A DNA stretch of 64,000 bases, taken from the sequence record NC_061446.1; one strand, given 5' to 3'. Below the pieces are notes generated by a model that saw only the letters and a list, made by a program, of their open reading frames with translations, had not been told where the DNA came from and ran no database searches. Below, one piece after another: positions 36,223 through 45,265 of this stretch. The position numbers and the translations under genes are program-made. Each line of letters begins with the position of its first letter. Within the stretch, counting starts at the first letter, position 1.

Positions 36223-36760
36223 AGTGGTACTGAGTGCAAGCGAAGTCGCTGACGGCGTGGACAAAATCAATCAGGCGCTGCTGGAGGTTGGTCTGCGTTG
36301 TAACATCGGTGATGTTGGGTACGAGCCGACATATACTGATGACCTCGGTGAAACACAGGGTGGTTGGTACGCGCAGTTTGATAAGAAGTCCCGCGACAAG
36401 CTGCGTCAATCAAAGCAGGTATCGTGGCACAACACGGGAATGATTGGCGGTGATACACTTGAGGAGATTCTCAAAGTGATTGCCTGTCTGAAATTCCGTA
36501 ATCACAAGAAAGAACCGACTCTGGTTCAAGTTGAAAAGATAATGTACACGATGACTAAAGAAGGCGCCACAAAGAAAGCTCTTGAAGTCTACAACTCAGC
36601 CGCACCTTTGTCTGACGAAGACCTCAAGTTGTGTATTGATCACTTCCGCACACTGGAAGAGTTAATCAAAGTTGACCCGATGTTGAAGCTGGCGCAGCCT
36701 TATGTTGTAAACAACCTCTATCAACTCGAAAACTATCTACACGCTCGTAAGAGCAAGTAA
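36209..36760 (+). CDS. hypothetical protein
   Basis: GGAG SD, GTG start 36209. Confidence 0.75.
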   Translation: MKKNEVVLSASEVADGVDKINQALLEVGLRCNIGDVGYEPTYTDDLGETQGGWYAQFDKKSRDKLRQSKQVSWHNTGMIGGDTLEEILKVIACLKFRNHKKEPTLVQVEKIMYTMTKEGATKKALEVYNSAAPLSDEDLKLCIDHFRTLEELIKVDPMLKLAQPYVVNNLYQLENYLHARKSK

Positions 36761-36767
36761 TAATCAT

Positions 36768-36795
36768 GGGAGGCCCTTAGCGGGGTTTCCCTTTT
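36768..36795 (+). terminator. intrinsic terminator
   Basis: GGGAGGCCCT-TAGC-GGGGTTTCCC then TTTT. Confidence 0.75.
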
Positions 36796-36817
36796 GTCAT
36801 TTCTGGAGCATTTTCGC

Positions 36818-37798
36818 ATGAGATTCGGATTCGCCTGCAAGCTGATTGACGCAAACGGCAAACAGCCTTACCCAAACAAAAGCATTAGCTACGCCCACTT
36901 CTCTAAACTTGACCTCGACGCACAACGTCAACGCCTGCGTGAGATAGTCACGGTCAACCTGACCTCGCTTTACGATATGATCGCACACGTTGCAATGTTG
37001 CGTACTGACATGCGCATGTTCCGTATCACAAGCGAATTACTCCCGCTCTACACTCACCCGAAGGTATCTCACCTGTACGATGAACTTGAACTCGCCTCGT
37101 ACATTGAACACTGGCTGTGGAAGTGCGGTAGCCTTGCTCGTAACTCTGGCGTTCGTCTTTCGTTTCACCCAGGCCAGTTCACGGTACTTGCATCTGATCG
37201 TCCTGATGTTGTTGTCAACTCGATACGCGAACTTGAGTACCACGCCTACTGTGCCTATCACATGGGTTACGGTCGTCGCTTTCAGGACTTCAAGATCAAC
37301 ATTCACCTCAGCGGTAGACTCGGAGCGAAAGGCTTCCGTGCTGCTCACTCAAAACTTTCTGACCATTGCCGTAAGATGCTCACAGTGGAGAACGACGAGA
37401 TCACTTCGAGCGTAGAAGATTGCTTGGAGCTGGCGGACCTATGTCCGATTGTACTCGACATTCACCATCACTGGGTAATGACAAACGAATACATTCAACC
37501 AGACGATGATCGTGTTCAACGTGTCATTGAGTCTTGGCGCGGCATTACTCCCGTTGCTCACTACTCAGTTTCAAAGCCAGAGTTCGTGCCGTCTCGTGGT
37601 CTGCCTGATCAAAACAAGCTGACTGCTAATCGTATGCAGTTACGCGCCCACGCAGATTACTATCACAACGAAGACGTGAACGACTGGGCCCTCAGTTTCT
37701 CTGAATTTGACCTGATGTGCGAGTCAAAAGCGAAGAATAGAGCGCGAATGAAATTGGCATGTTTTACGCTCAACTCAGCAAATAACTGGACAAAATAA
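36818..37798 (+). CDS. uvsE: UV DNA damage endonuclease (UvsE/UVDE)
   Basis: MRFGFAC, MFRITSEL.P, RLSFHPGQF, ENDE, LDIHHHW, HYS, HADY and DLMCESKAK motifs. Confidence 0.93.
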   Translation: MRFGFACKLIDANGKQPYPNKSISYAHFSKLDLDAQRQRLREIVTVNLTSLYDMIAHVAMLRTDMRMFRITSELLPLYTHPKVSHLYDELELASYIEHWLWKCGSLARNSGVRLSFHPGQFTVLASDRPDVVVNSIRELEYHAYCAYHMGYGRRFQDFKINIHLSGRLGAKGFRAAHSKLSDHCRKMLTVENDEITSSVEDCLELADLCPIVLDIHHHWVMTNEYIQPDDDRVQRVIESWRGITPVAHYSVSKPEFVPSRGLPDQNKLTANRMQLRAHADYYHNEDVNDWALSFSEFDLMCESKAKNRARMKLACFTLNSANNWTK

Positions 37799-37831
37799 GG
37801 CTTGTTTTCGAAGGTTGCCCTATGATACACT
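37780..37831 (+). promoter_or_regulatory. early-type sigma70 promoter with conserved upstream box
   Basis: AAATAACTGGACAAAA-N6-TTGTTT-N18-TACACT (TGn). Confidence 0.75.
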
Positions 37832-37887
37832 GTTTATGAGCGCTATCGCTCGTTTTTCTCATATAAGAAGACAGAGGAAATAAGACA

Positions 37888-38190
37888 ATGTTCAATACGA
37901 CAACTATCGCAACGAAAGCAAGCATTGCACCGACCGTTAAACACTCTTTTGGCATCGAGGGTATCGCACCTACAAATCGTATCTCCTGTGTTTGGCCTGG
38001 CGCTCTGGAAGTTCCGTTGCACATTAAACGTTGGTGCCGTGCCAACGAAATCATGAATGACCTTGACGCTTACATGCGTGTTCGCTTTAAAGGTCGTCGC
38101 GCGGATATTCTGAATTTGGTTGCTGTTCATCTGGCACCAAATAACCCTGAACTTGCGGTTCGCATTCTCGCAACTATCACTGAGGCCTAA
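37888..38190 (+). CDS. hypothetical protein
   Basis: GAGGA SD. Confidence 0.75.
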   Translation: MFNTTTIATKASIAPTVKHSFGIEGIAPTNRISCVWPGALEVPLHIKRWCRANEIMNDLDAYMRVRFKGRRADILNLVAVHLAPNNPELAVRILATITEA

Positions 38191-38191
38191 A

Positions 38192-38455
38192 ATGAAAGTC
38201 CAACCACTGGAAGCTATGTACGGTGCTACGAACACCAATACTCCGCTAATAGAAAAGCGCGGCTTCCGTCCTGTCGAATCAAAATATGTCGATGGCACGG
38301 AGGTTAGATTACAACGGCTATCACACGATGTACATGAACGTGTGGTTGTTGGTTACGATCAATTTGGTCGTGCTGTGTATGGAACACGGACACCGCAATC
38401 AACGTTCGAAGTGCGTGACAGCAAGGAAAGCGAACCGAATAAAACGGCGCCCTAG
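38192..38455 (+). CDS. hypothetical protein
   Basis: GAGG SD before ATG 38192. Confidence 0.65.
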   Translation: MKVQPLEAMYGATNTNTPLIEKRGFRPVESKYVDGTEVRLQRLSHDVHERVVVGYDQFGRAVYGTRTPQSTFEVRDSKESEPNKTAP

Positions 38456-38530
38456 CAAGCTCACAACCAGAAGCCATAGAATAACCCAAACTATAAATTC
38501 ATGCGCTGACCTATCGTGGGGTGTCTTAAA

Positions 38531-38908
38531 ATGATCGTCATTTGTAATAGTTCAAAACAGTTTTGTGCGGATCGCCTAGCACACGGGGATGCTTTTGTTT
38601 TTGGGAAGACGCGCATGTTACTACGCGCTGACTTCATCGTCCTGACCGACAAGAACAATAGCTTCTATGTAGTACGCAAATCTGATGTTGTTTGGTCGCC
38701 TGAGCTTACAGGTGCTACGCATGTGATTAAAATCCGGGCGTATGCCCAGATTAAGCCGTTCGAACTCAACGCAGCATGTCCACAATTCAATAGCCGCGTA
38801 TTCGGAACAATCGCGTTCCGTAATCCGCACTTTGAGCATAGACTCTCGGGTCTTAAATATGTAGAGACAAACTTCGGAGGTTTACATGGCACGGTATCAT
38901 GTGTTTAG
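38531..38908 (+). CDS. hypothetical protein
   Basis: ORF with GGGG SD-like element. Confidence 0.65.
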   Translation: MIVICNSSKQFCADRLAHGDAFVFGKTRMLLRADFIVLTDKNNSFYVVRKSDVVWSPELTGATHVIKIRAYAQIKPFELNAACPQFNSRVFGTIAFRNPHFEHRLSGLKYVETNFGGLHGTVSCV

Positions 38909-39137
38909 TGCGACCCATAAGTATTACGGCGAAGCATATGAAGGTACGTGGCTGAAAGAGATCGCTCTCAACGGCCAACAAGTTACCATCGCTGAGTTTC
39001 CAAACTTCAACGCTGCCAAAGAGTGCGCTGACAAGCTGCATGAGGTTTGCGATATAGGGTGGATCGTCTACAACGCTTTTTCCGAAAGAGCGATGTACGA
39101 CACCCGTACAGAGCAAGGCGAGTCTGTAAATACATAG
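38886..39137 (+). CDS. hypothetical protein
   Basis: GGAGG SD, 83 aa. Confidence 0.75.
   Translation: MARYHVFSATHKYYGEAYEGTWLKEIALNGQQVTIAEFPNFNAAKECADKLHEVCDIGWIVYNAFSERAMYDTRTEQGESVNT
39124..39131 (+). promoter_or_regulatory. CTGTAAAT box at a gene end
   Basis: Recurrent motif, upstream of the secreted-protein gene. Confidence 0.5.
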
Positions 39138-39209
39138 CAGCCTCGCCTGCACCTTTTCTTACCGTGAGGCTTACGGGCTTCACATAAATTCATATCAATG
39201 AGGTTCAAA

Positions 39210-39722
39210 ATGAAATTCACTTCAATCGCTATCGCACTGGTTCTGGCTGCTTCTTCCGCTAACGCTGCAAACTACAAGGCACCAGCTCCGGCCGCAGGTA
39301 TGCAGTCGTCTGGCATGACTATTTCTGATCAGCTGGATGATAGCTGCCTGAGTAAACTCGCTGCTGCGAGTGACCTGCGCGATGCTGTTGTTGACTTCGC
39401 TGTGTCGCGTGATGCTATCGACACTGTTGCACTTTGGCCTCTGGTCTGTTCGCCGACTGTTGAAGCCAAGTCTATCGACGTTGAGCGTATGGGCTCCGAC
39501 CTGACGATCACTTACGTTAACAAAGACGCGTCCGTTCCTAAACTCACGTTGGTTCTGCAACGCGTCCGCTCCGAGAACGAAGACGATGCTCCTGCATATC
39601 AGATCGTTCAGGTTGGTGATATGAATGCTATGGGCTACGAAGAACAGTCTGCTGTTAAAGACTGGCTGCTCGAATGCTACGCGCTCACCGTTCAAGATAG
39701 TATGGCGGTGGTGCTGAACTGA
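39210..39722 (+). CDS. exported (Sec signal peptide) protein
   Basis: MKFTSIAIALVLAASSANA|A is a classic signal peptide with an AxA cleavage site. Confidence 0.8.
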   Translation: MKFTSIAIALVLAASSANAANYKAPAPAAGMQSSGMTISDQLDDSCLSKLAAASDLRDAVVDFAVSRDAIDTVALWPLVCSPTVEAKSIDVERMGSDLTITYVNKDASVPKLTLVLQRVRSENEDDAPAYQIVQVGDMNAMGYEEQSAVKDWLLECYALTVQDSMAVVLN

Positions 39723-40027
39723 TGAAAGGAAAGAAGTTAGACATATTCCTGCAACAACGCACGGCAATAAACAAGGTTGCATCCAGTCCACAAGACTGGG
39801 AGACCTATAAAGAAATGCTGCTGAACATAAGGCTCGCCGTTGCCGTTGACCCACGACCTGATGCTGCTGTACGTCACTTGGCTCGTACATGGCATGCAGA
39901 AAAGAAATATGCGCTCCCTGTCTGTCAGGCTACGCTTCTGAAACTTATGACGTTGAAGAAAGCGAACCAAACGCTTGAAGAAATGATCGCGTTATACATT
40001 GACCTTGAGGAAGGAACTCAGAAATGA
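39722..40027 (+). CDS. hypothetical protein
   Basis: TGATG coupling. Confidence 0.7.
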   Translation: MKGKKLDIFLQQRTAINKVASSPQDWETYKEMLLNIRLAVAVDPRPDAAVRHLARTWHAEKKYALPVCQATLLKLMTLKKANQTLEEMIALYIDLEEGTQK

Positions 40028-41208
40028 CCGAAAAGAATGAACAACTGGCCGATGCCGTGCGTCGTCTGTTTAACTCAGGTAGCGTTGAAGTGCGTGATGC
40101 GTTACGCGCAGTAGCAAACACCGTGCTCGCTAAAGACGTTGCTCTGCCTTATGAAGGTGACGAGCCGTCTGTAGAGACAACGTATCGTCTGCTGGAAGGT
40201 ATTCACTTCTCCGGTGACGGTAAAACGCTTCTGCCGTCAGATGAAATCTACGCGCTGGATAAACTGCTGTCGAAGAAGTGGCGCGATACGTTCTTCTCCG
40301 CCGTGTCGAACATGGCTCTGACTATGCACTGCACCGACCCGCGCACCGCAGACAAAGGCTACTGGCCACCGAATAACAGTTCCTGCTGTGAGCTGGTTAC
40401 TCGCGCATTCATCTGGTGTGTAGCGCAATACGGTCTGGAGAATCTTCTCGAAAAAGACACCTCAGTTGTTAGTCACACGCGCCTGCCTCAGTTCATCATC
40501 GCATTGCAGACCGAAGGCAAAGACGAAGGCTATGCGCGTCACTTTAGTCTGTATCATCCTCATAACGATACAGGCAATATCGACACAACCAACTATTGGC
40601 CGGACGAGTACAAAGCCCAGCAGGAAGAAAAACGCATCGCAAGTCGTCCTGCTGAATACGAGTCCGTTCGCTATATGGGATTCGACGAACTGGCCGACCT
40701 GTGTACTCGTCTGAATCTCATTGGACCAAACTCCAAAGTTCGCTGTGATTGCGATGAAGACGAAGAGGAGATCGATTGCGATTGCCAGCCTATGATGGTG
40801 GAAGACTTCGATAAGGACCTCGACGAGCTGCAACAAGTCTTCTATGAAAAGTACGGTGACCCGGACGACGACATTGAAGAAGATGAAAGCGACTGGATTA
40901 CTGGTGTGTCGGTTATGGAAGTCACTGTCGATCTTCCTGTTGTGCGTCTGCCTGAGCCTGCGCGAAACAATCGCTCGCATCTGCCTCGTCGTGGTCAGAA
41001 GAAAGCACTGCCCAAGTCAGTATCACGCAAAGTCACACTGACTCACGATCAGCAAATCTGGCATGAGCTGGACAGCAAACAAGAGTTCGGTGATCGCCGC
41101 TTCGCTATCACTCTCGTATCTCGCCACACGTGCGGTGTTGATCGAGCTATCGCTACTAACCGCGAAGCGCTGGCAGTCGCGTACACTCTTATCAACATCG
41201 ACAAATAA
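40024..41208 (+). CDS. hypothetical protein with acidic region and HeH-like segment
   Basis: 394 aa. MGFDELADLCTRLNL...DLDELQQVFYEKYG. Confidence 0.8.
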   Translation: MTEKNEQLADAVRRLFNSGSVEVRDALRAVANTVLAKDVALPYEGDEPSVETTYRLLEGIHFSGDGKTLLPSDEIYALDKLLSKKWRDTFFSAVSNMALTMHCTDPRTADKGYWPPNNSSCCELVTRAFIWCVAQYGLENLLEKDTSVVSHTRLPQFIIALQTEGKDEGYARHFSLYHPHNDTGNIDTTNYWPDEYKAQQEEKRIASRPAEYESVRYMGFDELADLCTRLNLIGPNSKVRCDCDEDEEEIDCDCQPMMVEDFDKDLDELQQVFYEKYGDPDDDIEEDESDWITGVSVMEVTVDLPVVRLPEPARNNRSHLPRRGQKKALPKSVSRKVTLTHDQQIWHELDSKQEFGDRRFAITLVSRHTCGVDRAIATNREALAVAYTLINIDK

Positions 41209-41253
41209 CTGGTCAAAATAGCGCTTCTTCGCGGGGCGCTTTTCTGCTATAAT
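41203..41253 (+). promoter_or_regulatory. early-type sigma70 promoter with conserved upstream box
   Basis: AAATAACTGGTCAAAA-N6-TTCTTC-N17-TATAAT (TGn). Confidence 0.8.
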
Positions 41254-41320
41254 AGCAGCTAGAGCAACATCGCTCTCAACGTCACTTTTAACTATACGTT
41301 TATAACGGGAATTGTCATTT

Positions 41321-41623
41321 ATGTCACGCACTATTTCACGCAAGAAAGCAGTAAGCCTTATGTCCACAACTTACAACGCAAAACATCCTGAGTATCTTCC
41401 GCGCCTGCTGGCCGAAGATATGGACTCGACTCACCTGTTCGAGTTTCGTGAGATGGTCGTTGCTAAGATTCAGGCTGGCGAAGACCCGACTAAAGTTGTC
41501 GATGATATGATCGACACGGCGATTCGCGTTACTCAGGTTCGTCGTCGCACCAGCAACGATTACAACCCGAAGATTGCCGACGTGCTTACTGATGAACTGC
41601 GTGATATGCTCCGTAAACTCTAA
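41321..41623 (+). CDS. hypothetical protein (start uncertain)
   Basis: ORF downstream of the promoter. Alternative ATG at 41360. Confidence 0.65.
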   Translation: MSRTISRKKAVSLMSTTYNAKHPEYLPRLLAEDMDSTHLFEFREMVVAKIQAGEDPTKVVDDMIDTAIRVTQVRRRTSNDYNPKIADVLTDELRDMLRKL

Positions 41624-41631
41624 GGATAAAA

Positions 41632-42186
41632 ATGAAAAGCTACGGTTACTTTTATATTCTGAATCACATCGCTATGGCCGTAGATGCACCCAACAAGGAA
41701 GTTGGGTTTAAAGCTCTGGTAGAACTGGACATGTTCAATCGCGCATCTATTCTGACTCGCCCTGACGCTAACCCGCGCGCTGCAAAGATTGTGCGTGATC
41801 TGACCGAGGCGCTTTATCCCTCTGCAACGGATATTCATCCGACTGTCGCGCAACGCATGATGCTGGTGCAAGCGCTGCACGATCAAGAACTCGAATCTAT
41901 CGTTGGCAGTATTCGTTTCTTTGTGCCTTTCGCATATACGAAAGAACAACTGACTGACCAGTTCGGTTTCTTTGATAACGGTGACGGCTTGAATGTGCCG
42001 TACTTCTTGCGTCATCTGTTCATGGAAGATCAAGCAGTCTTCCTTGACGGCAAGCTGACCAGCTTCGCTAATTCGTGTATTCACGGAGAAGTGTCGCAAA
42101 CTGCTCGGCAGTATGGTCTGCTTCCTGCTCAGGCTTACGGCAAGAACGATATTCCTGAGCGCTTCAAACATCTGCCTCTGTTTTAG
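41632..42186 (+). CDS. hypothetical protein
   Basis: AAGGA SD. Confidence 0.8.
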   Translation: MKSYGYFYILNHIAMAVDAPNKEVGFKALVELDMFNRASILTRPDANPRAAKIVRDLTEALYPSATDIHPTVAQRMMLVQALHDQELESIVGSIRFFVPFAYTKEQLTDQFGFFDNGDGLNVPYFLRHLFMEDQAVFLDGKLTSFANSCIHGEVSQTARQYGLLPAQAYGKNDIPERFKHLPLF

Positions 42187-42195
42187 GAGACACCC

Positions 42196-42654
42196 ATGGG
42201 AGTTGTTAAAGGCATAACCGCCACCACGTTCCCTTCTCGTGGACGTGACGAGGGCCAGAAGATTGCTCTCAAGTGTCGCTGGGGAATCTACCCAGCAACT
42301 GTCGTTCGTCAAGACAACGATCAGCCGTATAACGAAATCTGGAAGATCGATGCAAAGAATCTTCCACGTCGTTACTTCTCAACGACTGACGACCTGTTCG
42401 TGTCTCGACACTTCCTCGATAACTTCGCAAAGCACTCGCCTATCTGTCCGAAGGGCGAGTACGAAGACCAATTCGTCGATGTTGTGTTTGACCGCGACAC
42501 GGAGAATAAATGCGAAGGCGTTGTTATGACGCATCGTGATTTGCTTGTAGTGATTCTGATTACTACAGGCCCTCACGCAGGCCGCTACGTCACTGACAAA
42601 GAGTGTCAGTACGCGCCGAAGCCTCGCAAAGTAAAAGAACTAATCGACAATTAA
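42196..42654 (+). CDS. hypothetical protein with tandem beta-rich domains
   Basis: AGGAG SD. The FPSRG... and CPKGE... halves are similar, and it ends GRYVTDKECQY. Confidence 0.8.
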   Translation: MGVVKGITATTFPSRGRDEGQKIALKCRWGIYPATVVRQDNDQPYNEIWKIDAKNLPRRYFSTTDDLFVSRHFLDNFAKHSPICPKGEYEDQFVDVVFDRDTENKCEGVVMTHRDLLVVILITTGPHAGRYVTDKECQYAPKPRKVKELIDN

Positions 42655-42664
42655 GGATATAAGA

Positions 42665-43201
42665 ATGCAATTCAAAGTAATGCCTGACCTCAATCGCTTC
42701 CCTGAATTTAAAATGCCAGAGCGCGCCTCTGGGCAGGCTGCCGGTGTTGACCTGTTCGCTCAGGAAGACATGATCATTACTGAACAGACAACTCTGTTTG
42801 AGCTGGGATTCAAAGCTGCTGTGCCTGAAGGTTACGTGGGCATCATCTTCCCTCGCAGCGGTCTGGGTGCTAAGTTCAACTGTGAACTGTCTAACACTCT
42901 GGGCGTCATTGATAGCGACTATCGCGGTCAGTGGATGGCTGCTCTGCATCTCGGCGGTAAAGGTACGAAAGGCAACGCACTCGAAGATGTGCGCACTATT
43001 CTGCGTGGTGTTGCGCCCGCTGTTGCTTCTCTCGTCGAAGGTCCCGATACACAACTCGGTCTGCTGATCAAACGCGGAGAAGCGTATGCTCAGGTGTTGT
43101 TCTTTGAAGTGCCTTTGATGGAAATCGCACAGGTAGATTCATTGGACGACACTGAACGTGGTGAGGGTGGCTTCGGTTCAACCACACCTGCTCGTGGCTA
43201 A
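42665..43201 (+). CDS. dut: trimeric dUTPase with insertion
   Basis: AGVDL, PRSGLG, GVIDSDYRG, AQV and ERGEGGFGST (motifs 1-5). Confidence 0.95.
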   Translation: MQFKVMPDLNRFPEFKMPERASGQAAGVDLFAQEDMIITEQTTLFELGFKAAVPEGYVGIIFPRSGLGAKFNCELSNTLGVIDSDYRGQWMAALHLGGKGTKGNALEDVRTILRGVAPAVASLVEGPDTQLGLLIKRGEAYAQVLFFEVPLMEIAQVDSLDDTERGEGGFGSTTPARG

Positions 43202-43409
43202 TCTGCTGTACGTGCTAATCGCCTACTATCTGGTGGGCGTTATTCAGTTCTTTCGTGAACTGCGTTCCATTCCAAACGACGATCCCGTAGTCACTCAGTT
43301 TAATCGCAGTATGGATAATGAGTCCAACCTGCAGGTACTTTGGATAGGGATCAAACTCGCTGTTACTGTGATATTCATTCACATTCCGTGCTGGATATTT
43401 CGTATATAG
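43194..43409 (+). CDS. small two-TM membrane protein
   Basis: GTG start overlapping the dut end, two hydrophobic segments. Confidence 0.55.
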   Translation: MANLLYVLIAYYLVGVIQFFRELRSIPNDDPVVTQFNRSMDNESNLQVLWIGIKLAVTVIFIHIPCWIFRI

Positions 43410-43424
43410 TGATGCTACTCACAC

Positions 43425-43450
43425 GAGGAGCCTTACGTGGGCTCCTCATT
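43425..43450 (+). terminator. hairpin / probable terminator
   Basis: GAGGAGCC...GGCTCCTC stem with a TACG-type loop. Confidence 0.55.
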
Positions 43451-43467
43451 ATCGTAATATAAACACT

Positions 43468-43782
43468 ATGGCAAAGAAAACTTATCTGCTACCTCGTGAG
43501 CGACCAAGCCCGCTGCCTAACTTACGAGCCTATCTCGCGTTCCTCGCTAGGAAGCCTAATGCTAATCGCGCAGTATTAGAATCGTATTGCAAAGCAAGTC
43601 TGGCCCAAATGGCTCGCAGCCGTTTCTTTGTAGGTAAGCTCTTTGGCTACAAAGTGTATACGAAATCGAACAAGCTCGCATACACGGTTGTGTGGATTGA
43701 CCCCTACAACTATGACTGTCTTGTTCTGAACCATCAAAGGAGAGAAGTAGAGTTCAAAAACCTTTACGGCCTGCTTTTATAG
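43468..43782 (+). CDS. basic hypothetical protein
   Basis: 104-aa ORF with no clear SD. Confidence 0.6.
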   Translation: MAKKTYLLPRERPSPLPNLRAYLAFLARKPNANRAVLESYCKASLAQMARSRFFVGKLFGYKVYTKSNKLAYTVVWIDPYNYDCLVLNHQRREVEFKNLYGLLL

Positions 43783-43820
43783 TTAGGTCCTAGCGCCTTC
43801 ACACTAGGGGAAAACTTCCG

Positions 43821-44498
43821 ATGATAACTGTTCTTAACAATCGTACCGACGAGGTAATTAAACGCCTGAACGTAGCAGTATGGGCTTGTGTGGCCGTTAT
43901 GTTTGCTGTGTATATCGCAGTAACGAGCAACGCAAACGCCAGTATGTCTACAGGCCCTGACAACGCCATTGATATGTCTTCCGCCGTGTCACTTGATCCC
44001 TCCAATCGAGTGGCTACTAAATATAAGGAGATAGAAAAGGCAGTAGCAGTAAAAGACGAACGAAGGCCCAAACGTTATGTAACGAGAGAGCGCCTCCGGC
44101 AACTCTATGCTCACTTGCCCCATCCGTCTGACTTAGGCAAGCAGATTGATTTGGCCGCAGAGAAGTACAACGTAGATGCAAAACTGCTTCTATCAATCTG
44201 CGTGTCCGAGTCGCATCTCCGTGCAAAGGTCAGGAACAAGTCTGGAGCTACAGGTCTGTGTCAAATCATGCCTGATATGCACGGACGTTCTACACGGGAA
44301 CTCATGGACTACCGAATCAATGTTGATCAGGCAGCCCAGATTGTTGCGTTACTAAACAAGCAGTGTAAAGGCAAACGCGCTTGCGTCATTCAAAGCTACA
44401 ACACTGGTTGGGGAGCATATTTGAGAGGGGTACGTGCCCCACAATATTTAGCGAAAGTCCAGACTGAGTATCGCCGCAAGCATACTCCTTCTTCCTAA
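43821..44498 (+). CDS. SLT-family lytic transglycosylase with N-terminal membrane anchor
   Basis: ICVSESH (catalytic Glu), SGATGLCQIMP, INVDQAA and SYNTG motifs. Hydrophobic Ala-rich N-terminal helix. Confidence 0.9.
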   Translation: MITVLNNRTDEVIKRLNVAVWACVAVMFAVYIAVTSNANASMSTGPDNAIDMSSAVSLDPSNRVATKYKEIEKAVAVKDERRPKRYVTRERLRQLYAHLPHPSDLGKQIDLAAEKYNVDAKLLLSICVSESHLRAKVRNKSGATGLCQIMPDMHGRSTRELMDYRINVDQAAQIVALLNKQCKGKRACVIQSYNTGWGAYLRGVRAPQYLAKVQTEYRRKHTPSS

Positions 44499-44512
44499 TA
44501 GAGGATATAATA

Positions 44513-45199
44513 ATGAACATCAATATCACCGCGCTGTACAAAATGCAATTCCAGTTGCTGAAACCTTTATCGCCTCGTCAGGAGTATGCGCTCGTTGTCC
44601 TGCTCTGCGAGAACATCAATGAAGGTGATGTGGCTGCACTGGCAGAAGTAATCGTTCGTGACTATCCGCATGTAGCGCGTCTGTATGATGCGTTCGCTGC
44701 CGCCAACCAGTACGACAACGCCGTGCCGTTTATCGTTCCTGTGTTGAACTCGGAAGAAGTTACCGAAGAGATCTTCTGCATTCGTGATCATGCGCTTGTC
44801 GTTGCACCTGACCTGCGCGAATCTCTGTGTCAGGCTCTGACTCGCGTTGTGTTGATGCGCGAAACGCCTGATGAATTGCTCATGCGCGAAGGCGCCGAAG
44901 TGATTCTGGTTACAGATGCTATACCGTATCTGCTTGGCCAGTTCATGGATTGTATGCTCGATGCGTACAATTGCGGCGTGCTGCCTATGGTTGTTCGTCC
45001 TACGAAAGACCAGCAGGCCATGCGTGATGATCGTCTGTTGTCGTTTGAAATGTTACGCGACAATAACATGTTCTCTGGAAGTCTGGACTTCACTAAAGCT
45101 CTACAGCCGAGCGAGAAAGCGAAAGCAATTGCTGCCCAGCTTATCTCTCGACTGCGTACTGTCAAGCCAGCACGTGGCTTCGACGCGGTAACACAATAA
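44513..45199 (+). CDS. hypothetical protein
   Basis: GAGGA SD. Confidence 0.8.
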   Translation: MNINITALYKMQFQLLKPLSPRQEYALVVLLCENINEGDVAALAEVIVRDYPHVARLYDAFAAANQYDNAVPFIVPVLNSEEVTEEIFCIRDHALVVAPDLRESLCQALTRVVLMRETPDELLMREGAEVILVTDAIPYLLGQFMDCMLDAYNCGVLPMVVRPTKDQQAMRDDRLLSFEMLRDNNMFSGSLDFTKALQPSEKAKAIAAQLISRLRTVKPARGFDAVTQ

Positions 45200-45204
45200 A
45201 TCCA

Positions 45205-45234
45205 ACGGGAGACCTTAACTGGTTTCCCGTTTTT
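45205..45234 (+). terminator. intrinsic terminator
   Basis: ACGGGAGACC-TTAACT-GGTTTCCCGT then TTTT. Confidence 0.75.
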
Positions 45235-45265
45235 CATTTCTGCGCAAATTTTTGAGACTACGACA

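Noticed and set aside
43410-43820. tRNA genes in hairpin-rich intergenic gaps (also 51633-51777 and 52440-52620)
   Set aside because: No T-loop GTTCRA, D-loop or acceptor stem could be folded.
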